A DNA stretch of 20,000 nucleotides from an uncultured virus (IMG/VR IMGVR_UViG_2061766007_004243) (taxonomy: Duplodnaviria > Heunggongvirae > Uroviricota > Caudoviricetes), in the IMG/VR virus record IMGVR_UViG_2061766007_004243. One strand, written 5' to 3'. This document shows, in pieces, positions 1 to 7,803 of the stretch (position 1 is its first letter; each line of letters opens with the position of its first letter). The notes below the pieces were generated by a model. The model did no database searches, was not told where the DNA came from, and saw only the letters and a list, made by a program, of their open reading frames with translations. Both the position numbers and the translations under genes were made by a program.

Positions 1-124
1 TAATCAGGCCGCGCATGGCTTTGGGTGCCATCTCTCCAATGGATATGCTTATATCCAGGCTGTCAGGCTGAACTGGCTCCGCGGGAGTAGTTTCAGCTTG
101 GGCTTGGTTTCTGCTTCTCGGCAT
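1..124 (-). CDS. 5' part of a hypothetical protein (runs off the window)
   Basis: ATG at 124-122 preceded by AGGAGG; open frame MPRSRNQAQAETTPAEPVQPDSLDISISIGEMAPKAMRGLI to base 1. Not in the ORF track. Confidence 0.6.
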   Translation of the reverse strand, partial: MPRSRNQAQAETTPAEPVQPDSLDISISIGEMAPKAMRGLI

Positions 125-203
125 TTGAATTTCCTCCTGTTACTATATATTTGCCCCATGTTCGTGGCAGCCAGCCACAGGCGAGGGACATCTCATTGCC
201 TAA

Positions 204-406
204 GCTGTACAATGGGAGGGCAATGGCCTGACGAATTCCTCCAAGAGCATCACGCTCGTTTGGAAGTCAGTCAGCCGGCCTTCCCGTTGTGCAGCGTTCG
301 ATTTGTGCAGGTAGAGCACCCATAAGGGGCACTCGAGTCAGCGAACAGATAGAATCGGCGATGGGTAAAGGCGGTTCGCCATTGTANNNNNNNNNNCAAC
401 ACATCG
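204..406 (+). ncRNA. Putative IS110 bridge RNA (left non-coding end)
   Basis: Stem 204-221/278-295 (three G-U pairs) enclosing nested helices CTGAC/GTCAG, TCCAA/TTGGA and GAGC/GCTC. Then two stem/internal-loop/hairpin units: GTTCG 296-300 with CGAAC 342-346, and CGATG 359-363 with CATCG 402-406. Directly upstream of the transposase RBS. Confidence 0.6.
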
Positions 407-418
407 GGAGGATTCAAC

Positions 419-1661
419 ATGTTCGCAGTAGGAGTCGATGTTTCCAACGGCAGAAGCACAGTCGCTGTACTTGGAGCCAGGAGAACAGTGGTGGTGAGGC
501 CGTATGAGGTTCCACACACAGCGGATGGTTTTGCCGAGCTGACGGCAAGGCTCAATGATCTGGATGGCGAGGTCAGGATCGTCATGGAGCATACCGGGCG
601 GTACTATGAATCGTTAGCCATGAGTATGTACCGGGCAGGCTTCTTTGTGTCTGCCGTGAACCCTCTGGCTATCAAGGATTACCAGGAGGGGATCAGCGTC
701 CGGAAGGTGAAGACCGACAAAGCAGACGCCCTGAAGATCGCCCAGTTTGCCATTGACAAATGGGAGATCCTGCCGCAGTATAGTCCCATGGATACGATTC
801 GCTACGACCTCAAGACCATTCACCGGCAGTTCCAGCTGTCCTCCAAGACCAAGACCGCGCTGAACAACAATCTGATCGCTCTGTTGGAGCAGAGCTACCC
901 CGGCGCGAACAGGTACTTCGACAGCCCGGTCCGGCCGGACGGCAGCCAGAAATGGGTGGACTTCGCAGACACCTTCTGGCACGTGGACTGTGTGGCCAAG
1001 GTCAGCCGAAAGACTTTTACGGAGCGGTACCGGAAGTGGTGCAAGCGTCACGGATACAACTTCTCCGAAGCCAAGGCTGTCGAAATTCACGAGGATGCCA
1101 GGCAGAAGTTCCCGCTAGTACCCAAGTCCGACACCTGCAAGCTTTTGGTCAAGGAAGCTGTTAGCCAGCTCAACGCTGTTTCCCGCACGGTGGAAACCTA
1201 CCGCGCTGAGATGGATCGCCTGGCCTCTCAGCTTCCGGAATACGAGACTGTCATGGCCATGACCGGCGTGGGCAAGTCCATGGGACCGCAGTTGATGGCA
1301 GAGATCGGCGACCTTCGCCGCTTTGCGCACCAGAAGTCTCTGGTAGGCTTTGCCGGCACCGATCCGATCAAGGATGATTCCGGCGACAAGGTTTCCGACA
1401 GCAANNNNNNNNNNGCGCGGTTCTCCTTACCTTCGCAAGACGCTCTTTGTTATCATGACGATCCTGCTGCAGCTTCAGCCCCCGGACGATCCTGTCTACC
1501 AGTTCCTGGACAAAAAGCGCTCCGAGGGCAAGCAGTACTATGTGTACATGACTGCCGGCATGACCAAGTTCCTGCGCATCTACTACGGTAGGGTCCGTGA
1601 TTGTCTCAAAGAGAAAGGTCTCTGGGAGCAGCCCTCTGTTGATGAGGTCAACCCTGGTTGA
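419..1661 (+). CDS. IS110-family transposase (DEDD RuvC-like domain + Transposase_20 domain); frame break only at the N-gap 1405-1414
   Basis: GVDVS, VMEHTGRY and KTDKADA give the DEDD tetrad; GVGKSMGPQLMAEIGD and FAGTDPIKDDSG (catalytic Ser motif); C-terminus RGSPYLRKTLF... continues in the 1350..1661 frame after the gap; RBS GGAGG 407-411. Confidence 0.95.
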
Positions 1662-1662
1662 C

Positions 1663-1778
1663 AGGGGTTGGGAACCAACCCCTTGACTGTCCATGAGCAT
1701 AGACAGCACGACGAGTCAAGGATGCCGTAGGCACGGCCGAAGGCCGCTTGTCCTTGACGCGGCGGGATGGCTGTGCTA
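1663..1778 (+). other. Structured right non-coding end of the IS110
   Basis: Perfect hairpin AGGGGTTGG-GAA-CCAACCCCT (1663-1683); GTCAAGGA...TCCTTGAC stem enclosing hairpins TGCC-GTA-GGCA and CGGCC-GAA-GGCCG. Confidence 0.6.
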
Positions 1779-1788
1779 NNNNNNNNNN

Positions 1789-2370
1789 CTTGCCGTGCAG
1801 GCCGCCGCCGGTGACAGAATCACCCATGTCGCTGCCCAGCTTGCGGTTCACCGCGCCGGTGTCCACGTCAGTGCCACCGGTCCAGGGTCCCAAAGGATTG
1901 ACCTCGGCCTTTGGATACAGGTTCTGAATGTGCCTTGTCATGGCGTTGCTCTGGCATATGACCAGCCTGTCTCCGTCAAGTATGTACTTTCCGTCATAGG
2001 GAAACAGCTCGTAAATGCGGCGGGCGATCCTGCTGAGCCGTTTCTGTTCGGCGGTCACCGGCACGCCCCGGAAGATGCCGTTGTCTCCGCAGCGCAGGCC
2101 CTGCTTCTGGTTATCCGCCAGGTGTTCGTCCTGCGGCAGCTGCTTAAGATTCACGCGCACGCTGCCGGCTATGCGGCGCACCGCCATGTACACTTCCTTT
2201 TCCGGAAGCATGACCGAAGTCTCGCAGATGATGTTGCACACGCCGTGGCCGATGAGAACTTCAACAGCTATACGCGGATGTGCCGCTTTTCTGTACGCCA
2301 TGTCTACCAGCGCGCCGGCAATGCGGTCGGCGATTTTGTCAACATGCTGAGGGTTTACTTTTTCGAACAT
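1789..2370 (-). CDS. metK: Phage-type S-adenosylmethionine synthetase, 3' end lost at N-gap
   Basis: MFEKVNPQHVDKIADRIAG (HPDK-like), CGDNG (GAGDQG-like), DTGAVNRKL and TGGGLHGK (GGGAFSGKD-like); AAGGAG before ATG at 2370. Confidence 0.85.
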
Positions 2371-2879
2371 ACAGAATACTCCTTGCTTTTTATTCTTCCT
2401 CGTTGGAACCCGGTTGCGCACCATCTCTCAACATCTTCTTTATATACATATCTCTCAAGTATACCATTATTAATCCATCTTCTACGCGCGGTATCAGCTT
2501 TGAAAAAAGCACGCAAATCAATGGAAACCTTTCGATTTCGGTTTGCATCCCCAATTCTTCGCTTGACAGTTCCATAATTCAAGTTATGAAGATGTGTGCA
2601 CCACTCAAGATTCTCAACATTATTGTTTTCTTTATTCTCATCAAGGTGATTCACTTCTGGAAAATGGTTTGGATTAGGTATAAACGCTTCAGCAACAAGC
2701 CTGTGGATCAAATGATTTCTTTTGGAGTTTCTGAGCCATAAGCACACCCTTAGATATCCATTTCTTTGGCGATCCCCTTTTAAAACATGTGGTGCCTTTT
2801 TGACACTACGAACTTTGCCCGTATTGGAGACTTGATAGTGGCCTTCATAGCCTGCTACATCTCTCCATTCAGTTTCCAT
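2355..2879 (-). CDS. NUMOD4-domain HNH homing endonuclease
   Basis: EWRDVAGYEGHYQVSNTGKVRS (NUMOD4); IHRLVAEAFIPNP...EVNHLDENKENNNVENLEWCT (HNH_3); AT-richer than its neighbours; overlaps the metK start. Confidence 0.92.
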   Translation of the reverse strand: METEWRDVAGYEGHYQVSNTGKVRSVKKAPHVLKGDRQRNGYLRVCLWLRNSKRNHLIHRLVAEAFIPNPNHFPEVNHLDENKENNNVENLEWCTHLHNLNYGTVKRRIGDANRNRKVSIDLRAFFKADTARRRWINNGILERYVYKEDVERWCATGFQRGRIKSKEYSVCSKK

Positions 2880-2917
2880 TCACCGCTCCTATTAACAGAA
2901 GTACAGATATGCATATG

Positions 2918-2948
2918 AAAAGGACCCTGCTTTCTTAAGCAGAGTCCT
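2918..2948 (-). terminator. Hairpin plus short T run just downstream of the late-type promoter (terminator/attenuator-like)
   Basis: Minus strand AGGACTCTGCTT-AAGA-AAGCAGGGTCCT-TTT. Confidence 0.5.
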
Positions 2949-2971
2949 CTCCTGATCTTCAACATGATACC

Positions 2972-3029
2972 ATTATAGCACCCCTTGTAGTCACATTTAG
3001 TACCATCAAAGTGCCATTTAGTTCCAAAT
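2972..3029 (-). promoter_or_regulatory. Activator-dependent late-type promoter with four phased direct repeats
   Basis: Extended -10 TGCTATAAT (TATAAT at 2977-2972) with no consensus -35; repeats AGTCACATTT, AGTACCATCA, AGTGCCATTT and AGTTCCAAAT at 2989, 2999, 3010 and 3020; lies downstream of RinA/ArpU-like genes. Confidence 0.65.
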
Positions 3030-3454
3030 CAGGCTGTTTTTATGTTAAGATTCTGATTTATTTCTTCGGAATCTATCCAGAACCTTGCGCCGGCGTTCCT
3101 CATGTACCTTTTCGCCCTTTTGAATTGAGCGGCAATGTCCTCGGGGAGGTTTATGTCCCGGCCCCGAGCCCTGGAAGCGGCCCTGTAAGACGCGATCTCC
3201 TCATTGACGTGATCGCCCGTGATGTACACATACCTGACGTCCGCCTGTCCGCTCAGCTGGTAGGCCACGTAATACCTGTCCAGCCACAGTACGCCGTTAT
3301 CGTTTGCCATCACTACGGGCTGGGGAAACTTCCCGGACATCTCGCTGATCATTTTCGAATAGTCCGGTGTGCGCAGGCGGTGCCTTGCGGCGATCTCCCT
3401 GGCTATCTTATACACTTCTATGTTGCTCAGCAGGCCTTCATCATTTTTCTTCAT
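3029..3454 (-). CDS. Hypothetical protein, paralogue X3 (YYVAYQL family)
   Basis: 141-aa ORF; shares GKxPQP and WxDxYYVAYQLxGxAxVxYVYI with 3715..4118 and 5421..5885. Confidence 0.85.
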   Translation of the reverse strand: MKKNDEGLLSNIEVYKIAREIAARHRLRTPDYSKMISEMSGKFPQPVVMANDNGVLWLDRYYVAYQLSGQADVRYVYITGDHVNEEIASYRAASRARGRDINLPEDIAAQFKRAKRYMRNAGARFWIDSEEINQNLNIKTA

Positions 3455-3704
3455 ATTCCCCTCCCCCGTCCAGTATCCGTTCCACCAGCTGCAGCGCGTC
3501 TCTGTGCAGCCGGAACATATGTGTTCTGCTCAGGCCCATTATCTCGCGTATCTCGTTCCAGGGCTTCATGCACAGGTACCTAAGCTCCAGCAACGTCTGG
3601 CATGAGATATCCGGCACCTGGTCTATGACGTCGGCGATATCCTTACGGATGGCTACCAGCTCATCCACCGTGTTTCTGAGCTTCATTTCCAGTTCGCTGA
3701 TACG
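3441..3704 (-). CDS. RinA/ArpU-like (DUF1492) transcriptional activator, copy 3, C-terminal part (5' end in gap)
   Basis: RISELEMKLRNTVDELVAIRK...LLELRYLCMKPWNEIREIMGLSRTHMFRLHRDAL, a sigma region-4-like HTH. The ORF track fuses it to X2 across the gap. Confidence 0.8.
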   Translation of the reverse strand, partial: RISELEMKLRNTVDELVAIRKDIADVIDQVPDISCQTLLELRYLCMKPWNEIREIMGLSRTHMFRLHRDALQLVERILDGGGEYEEK

Positions 3705-4375
3705 NNNNNNNNNNATTGATGAACTTTCTTTGAGGTCTATCCAGAACTGTTCATCGTTCTCTTTCATCTGCCTTCGGGCCGTACGAAACTGCCTTTCAAT
3801 ATCAGGAGGCAGGTGTACCGCGATCCCGCGCGCTTTCCCTGCTGCCCTGTAGGATGCTGTCTCCTCATCGATATGGCGGCTTGTGATATATACGTACCTG
3901 ACGTCAGCCTCCCCGCTCAGCTGGTATGCTACATAATACACGTCTACCCAGAGACTGCCTTTTTCATTCGCCAGCAAATAGGGCTGGGGAACCTTGCCGC
4001 GCGCGTTCTGCCGGAACACCGCGAGATCAGGGCGTGGAAATCCATATCTGTCAGCGAGATGCGCGGCTATGTCCCAAACCTCCTGAAGATTCAGGTGTGC
4101 GCCTTTATCTGCCTTCATGAAGCTTCTCTCCTCTGCTCTCGCAATACGGTTTCGACCGCTGACAGGGCTTTACTGTGCAGGTGAAACACCTGAGAGCTTC
4201 GCAGTTTCATCATGTCGCATATTTCGCCCCACGGCTTCATGCACAGGTACCTGAGCTCCAACAGCGTCTGGCATGAGATATCCGGCACCTGATCTATAAC
4301 GTCGGTGATCTCCTTACGGATGGCCACCAGCTCATCCACCGTGTTTCTGAGCTTCATTTCCAGTTCGCTGATACG
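3562..4375. repeat. 143-nt direct repeat (3562-3704 and 4233-4375) inside DUF1492 copies 3 and 2
   Basis: 8 mismatches by manual alignment, mostly synonymous. Confidence 0.9.
3715..4118 (-). CDS. Hypothetical protein, paralogue X2 (last codons in gap)
   Basis: MKADKGAHLN...WVDVYYVAYQLSGEADVRYVYI...FWIDLKE; ATGA overlap with the upstream DUF1492 stop. Confidence 0.85.
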
Positions 4376-4516
4376 CGCTATGCTGTCCGCCATGCTGTCG
4401 GTATTGCGGGAGCGGGATACAGCCTCCCTGCCGTAGGACGCGGTCACCCTCTCGGCGAGCGCTCTTAACCTATATATCTGCTCATTTTTGTTAGCGATCC
4501 GCGTTTCCAGCCTGTA
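4115..4516 (-). CDS. RinA/ArpU-like (DUF1492) activator, copy 2 (first ~10 codons in gap)
   Basis: YRLETRIANKNEQIYRLRALAERVT...LLELRYLCMKPWGEICDMM...VFHLHSKAL. Confidence 0.85.
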   Translation of the reverse strand, partial: YRLETRIANKNEQIYRLRALAERVTASYGREAVSRSRNTDSMADSIARISELEMKLRNTVDELVAIRKEITDVIDQVPDISCQTLLELRYLCMKPWGEICDMMKLRSSQVFHLHSKALSAVETVLREQRREAS

Positions 4517-4526
4517 NNNNNNNNNN

Positions 4527-4838
4527 CGATCCGACCGAACTGACCATGACAAATGCGCTGGTCACCTACACCGACAGCAATGCGGTACTCGTCCTGTTTA
4601 CCTGCGGTAAGGGTTTCACAGCCTATAACATCGGTCCTGACGGAAGTGTGCAGTGGCAGCTGAATGACGAGCAGGCGCAGTCTGTCGGCGCCGGCATCTG
4701 CTATGCTGTGCAAAGCGACGGCGTGTTCTACGTGATAGGCTACTATTCATCCGTACTGACCGCAATCTCCCCCGACGGCAGATTCCTTTGGGAATGCAGT
4801 TGCGACGACGAGAATATTTATTGGCCTTATTACATCGA
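4527..4838 (+). CDS. Fragment of a beta-propeller (PQQ-like repeat) protein, isolated between two gaps
   Basis: Repeats AYNIGPDGSVQW and TAISPDGRFLW; opposite strand to all neighbours. Confidence 0.45.
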
Positions 4839-4848
4839 NNNNNNNNNN

Positions 4849-5199
4849 TGAGTAGTACTTAAGGGAAATGGCCAGCTGCTCCCTGTAGGGTCTCTGCCTT
4901 ATCTGCTCGTAGGTTCGATCCACGTCTTCTCTGTGCCGGCTGACGCCCTTGTAGAACGCGCACTTGTCGAACCCGGGACAGCCTCCCGTGAGCGCTGTGC
5001 ATTCAGGATATCCGCCGCCGCTTACGTCCGCGGGTATGTACGCGAAGCATGTCTCCAGGGATGTGTGTCTCCGGCTGGTGTTCGTACCATCCGGCGGGAA
5101 CAGCCCCCGTCTGCGCATGCGTTCCTTAAGTCTCTCCTCGCGTATTATATTGGATATGGCCTCGCCCGCCGTGGGGTCGGGGTATCCGTCTCCGTTCCT
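4849..5199 (-). CDS. Hypothetical phage protein fragment: YPDPTAG motif plus Cys-rich domain
   Basis: RNGDGYPDPTAGEAISNI...CFAY...CTALTGGCPGFDKCAFYK; both ends in gaps. Confidence 0.65.
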
Positions 5200-5209
5200 N
5201 NNNNNNNNN

Positions 5210-5424
5210 GTGCTGATCTGTGTGCCGAGCTCGGTTTCGGCCTCCGTAAGCTTCACAATCGCGTCCTCCAACGAATGAACGTTTCGCGTCCGCGACACCA
5301 CTTCGCTGCCATAGGATGTGGTCACGGTCTCCGCCAGTGAACGGATGGATTCGATCTGCTGCAGCTTGCTCCTGATCCGCTGTTCAAGGCGGTAGGCCTG
5401 GCTGAGGAATTCTTTTGCCGTCAT
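5210..5424 (-). CDS. RinA/ArpU-like (DUF1492) activator, copy 1, N-terminal part
   Basis: MTAKEFLSQAYRLEQRIRSKLQQIESIRSLAE, the typical DUF1492 N-terminus; cut by gap 5200-5209. Confidence 0.85.
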
Positions 5425-5885
5425 ACACTCACCCCCGTATTGTAAGTTCCTGTGCTGAATGAATTGTTCTGCGTGACTGCTCTATACGGCACCTCGTTTA
5501 CATCCACCCATATCTGGCAGCCTTTGGCAAGCATCTCCCCGCGCGCGCGTTTGAACTGTCGCAGGATACCGTTCGAAGGTTTAAAATCCTCACCGCGCAG
5601 TTTTGACGCATGCTTGTAACCGGATATTTCTTCAAGCACATGATGCTTGGCGATATACACATACTTGACCTCGGCCATGCCGTCCAGCTGATAAGCCACA
5701 TAGTATCTGTCCACCCACATGCGTCCGTTGTTACTGTCAAGAATTATGGGCTGAGGAATCTTGCCGGACATCTCGCTCCGCATTCTGCAATAATCCGGCA
5801 GTCGAAGCCCGTACTTTCTGGCGATGTACTTTGCGATATTGAACACCTGCATTGCGTTCAACGATTCCATTTCGTTTATGTTCAT
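5421..5885 (-). CDS. Hypothetical protein, paralogue X1
   Basis: 154 aa; WVDRYYVAYQLDGMAEVKYVYI; GGAGG RBS; 4-nt overlaps with both neighbours. Confidence 0.85.
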   Translation of the reverse strand: MNINEMESLNAMQVFNIAKYIARKYGLRLPDYCRMRSEMSGKIPQPIILDSNNGRMWVDRYYVAYQLDGMAEVKYVYIAKHHVLEEISGYKHASKLRGEDFKPSNGILRQFKRARGEMLAKGCQIWVDVNEVPYRAVTQNNSFSTGTYNTGVSV

Positions 5886-6067
5886 TTTGTCCTCCTGTTA
5901 TTACCGGCGACAGCAGCCGTGCGCGCAGCGGTCTTTTTTGCTTTCTGGCCTGCCTTGCGGCGCTTTGCTTTGGCTGCCCGCTTCTGCTCCCTCATAATGT
6001 TTGCTATAGCCTGTCCCGCGGTGGGATCGGGGTATCCTTCACTGTTTCTGTACACCCTTATCACCAT
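5882..6067 (-). CDS. Small basic phage protein with RNSEGYPDPTA motif
   Basis: 61-aa ORF; motif shared with 4849..5199; Lys/Ala/Arg-rich tail. Confidence 0.7.
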   Translation of the reverse strand: MVIRVYRNSEGYPDPTAGQAIANIMREQKRAAKAKRRKAGQKAKKTAARTAAVAGNNRRTK

Positions 6068-6275
6068 CCTTGCTCTTGTCTTCGATGTACACGATCAGCG
6101 CCATACCCAGTTTTTTTGCCAGCGGATGCTCGTGCCACTTGCGGATCAGCGCCATCAGATCCTCACCGGCTTTGCGCCAGAATTCCTCGCAGCCGGGATT
6201 GTGGATCGTGGGCGGGTTGTCGTATGTTTTCAGGTAATTCCAAAGATCCCTGAATATCGCTTTCTCGGTTTCCAT
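6039..6275 (-). CDS. Hypothetical protein (78 aa)
   Basis: GGAGGTG RBS; TAATG coupling to the (duplicated) SNF2 stop. Confidence 0.7.
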   Translation of the reverse strand: METEKAIFRDLWNYLKTYDNPPTIHNPGCEEFWRKAGEDLMALIRKWHEHPLAKKLGMALIVYIEDKSKDGDKGVQKQ

Positions 6276-6431
6276 TACACTTTCACCTCCGCTTTCACAG
6301 CTTCAATCAGCGCCTCTTGCACTCTGTCCTTCTCGGACAGCGCCTTCAGCACCCTCGAATCTACAGTNNNNNNNNNNTGTATGTTTTCAGGTAATTCCAA
6401 AGATCCCTGAATATCGCTTTCTCCGTTTTCA

Positions 6432-7803
6432 TTACACTTTCACCTCCGCTTTTACAGCTTCAATCAGCGCCTCCTGCACTCTGTCCTTCTCGGACAGCGC
6501 CTTCAGCACCCTCGAATCTACAGTGTCTTTCGTCACAATGTGCATGATCACAACCGTATCGGCTGTCTGCCCCTGCCGGTAAAGCCGCGCGTTCATCTGC
6601 TGATACAGTTCCAGCGACCAGGTGGGCGTGAACCAGCATATCGTGTTACCGCCCGCCTGCAGGTTAAGCCCGTGGCCGGTTGAAGCGGGATGCGCCAGCG
6701 CCACCTGAATTTGCCCGGCGTTCCACCGTTGCATCGATGCTTCGGAGTCAAGCCGTTCACAGGCGATGCCCAGTTTCGTCAGCCGCGCGGCGATGCGGTC
6801 GTAATCATGCTTGAACCAGTAGGCTACCAGCAGCGGCTTTCCATTCATGCCCTCGATGATGTCCTCCAGCGCGTCCAGCTTCCGGTCGTGAAGGTACATC
6901 ACGCTTCCGTCGTCCGCGTAAATCGCGCCGCTCGACAGCTGCAGGAGCTTTCCCGTCAGCACAGCAGCATTGCTTGCGGTCACCTCGCCGTCCGGGAGAG
7001 ACAGCATCAATTCACGCTTCATTTTCACGTACTGCCTTATCTCCGGATAGGACATCTCGACCTCATAATTCGTGGTGATGAGTTCCGGCATCCGCAATTG
7101 TCCGCACGCCTTCATGCTGATCGTGATATCCCCTATCCTGCGGTAAATTTCCTCTTCCGCGCCGGGCAGTGGCCTGTAGCTGTACACGATCTGGCCGTTG
7201 GTTTTATCCGGCGTGAAGAAAGCATTGCGGTATTGTCCGATGAACCTCCCCAGCCGCTTACCCATATCCAGCAGTTTGAATTCCGCGAAGAGGTCCATAA
7301 GCCCGTTGCTGCTGGGCGTGCCCGTTAGCCCGACAATGCGTTTCACGCGGGGACGCACCTTCATAAGGCTCTTGAAACGTTTGGCCTGCCAGCTTTTGAA
7401 GGAAGACAGCTCGTCGATCACCAGCATGTCGTAATCAAAGGGAAGGCCGCTGTCTTCCACCAGCCACTGCACATTTTCGCGGTTGATGATGTAGATGTCG
7501 GCATTTTGCCTGAGCGCCGTCCTGCGTTCCTCAGCTGTGCCCGCCGCGACCGACCAGGTCAGGCCTTTAAGGTGATCCCACTTCTGAATCTCAGCGGGCC
7601 AGGTGTTCTTCGCCACCCGCAGAGGCGCGATGATCAGCGGCTTCCTGATCTCAAATTCCCGGTACATGAGATGTTCGATCGCAGTCAGGGTTATAATGGT
7701 TTTGCCCTCAACCCAAGCCCATATCCAGCAGCAGTGCAGCCTGCTTATGATCCAAAATATGCTTGATCGCATATGCCTGGTAATCATGTGGTATGAACTT
7801 CAT
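6432..7803 (-). CDS. Phage SNF2-family (DEAD/DEAH) helicase, reading frame interrupted at Walker A (7707-7713)
   Basis: N-terminal part 7803..7711 MKFIPHDYQAYAIKHILDHKQAALLLDMGLG, then TGA; +1 frame continues GKTIITL..., IIAPLRVA, VIDELSSFK, GLTGTP, GHGLNLQ, QMNARLYRQGQ. True start has GGAGGTG and an ATGA overlap with VRR-NUC. Confidence 0.92.

Larger units (their letters stand above)
204..1778 (+). mobile_element. IS110-family insertion sequence (ends approximate; right end probably lost in the N-gap 1779-1788)
   Basis: IS110 transposase flanked by structured non-coding ends; no terminal inverted repeats seen, which fits the IS110 subgroup. Confidence 0.8.

Noticed and set aside
1405..1414. 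Apparent frameshift in the IS110 transposase
   Set aside because: Coincides with a 10-N placeholder of unknown true length; both sides are intact coding sequence.
1693..2577. Long antisense ORFs (e.g. 1693..2577, 5610..6410, 8562..9251, 15637..16389)
   Set aside because: Shadows of well-supported genes on the opposite strand in GC-rich DNA, with no recognisable motifs.
3562..4375. 143-nt repeat pair as a DGR template/variable repeat
   Set aside because: Mismatches are not adenine-specific in one copy and are mostly synonymous; no reverse transcriptase in the window.
4527..4838. Beta-propeller fragment as phage cargo inserted into DUF1492
   Set aside because: Bounded by gaps on both sides, opposite strand, and incomplete; more likely a mis-scaffolded piece.
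3441..5424. ORF-track 225-aa fusion proteins (3441..4118 and 4747..5424)
   Set aside because: Chimeras read through N-gaps; they join separate genes.
6222..6524. 146-nt tandem duplication of the SNF2 3' end (6222-6367 / 6379-6524)
   Set aside because: The copies directly flank an N-gap and differ at ~4 positions; typical of overlapping contig ends from strain variants.
7704..7713. prfB-type +1 frameshift as the explanation of the SNF2 break
   Set aside because: It would need tRNA-Gly to re-pair from GGU to GUU and would give GLGEGKT, distorting Walker A; the 7-nt hop or a simple mutation fits better.
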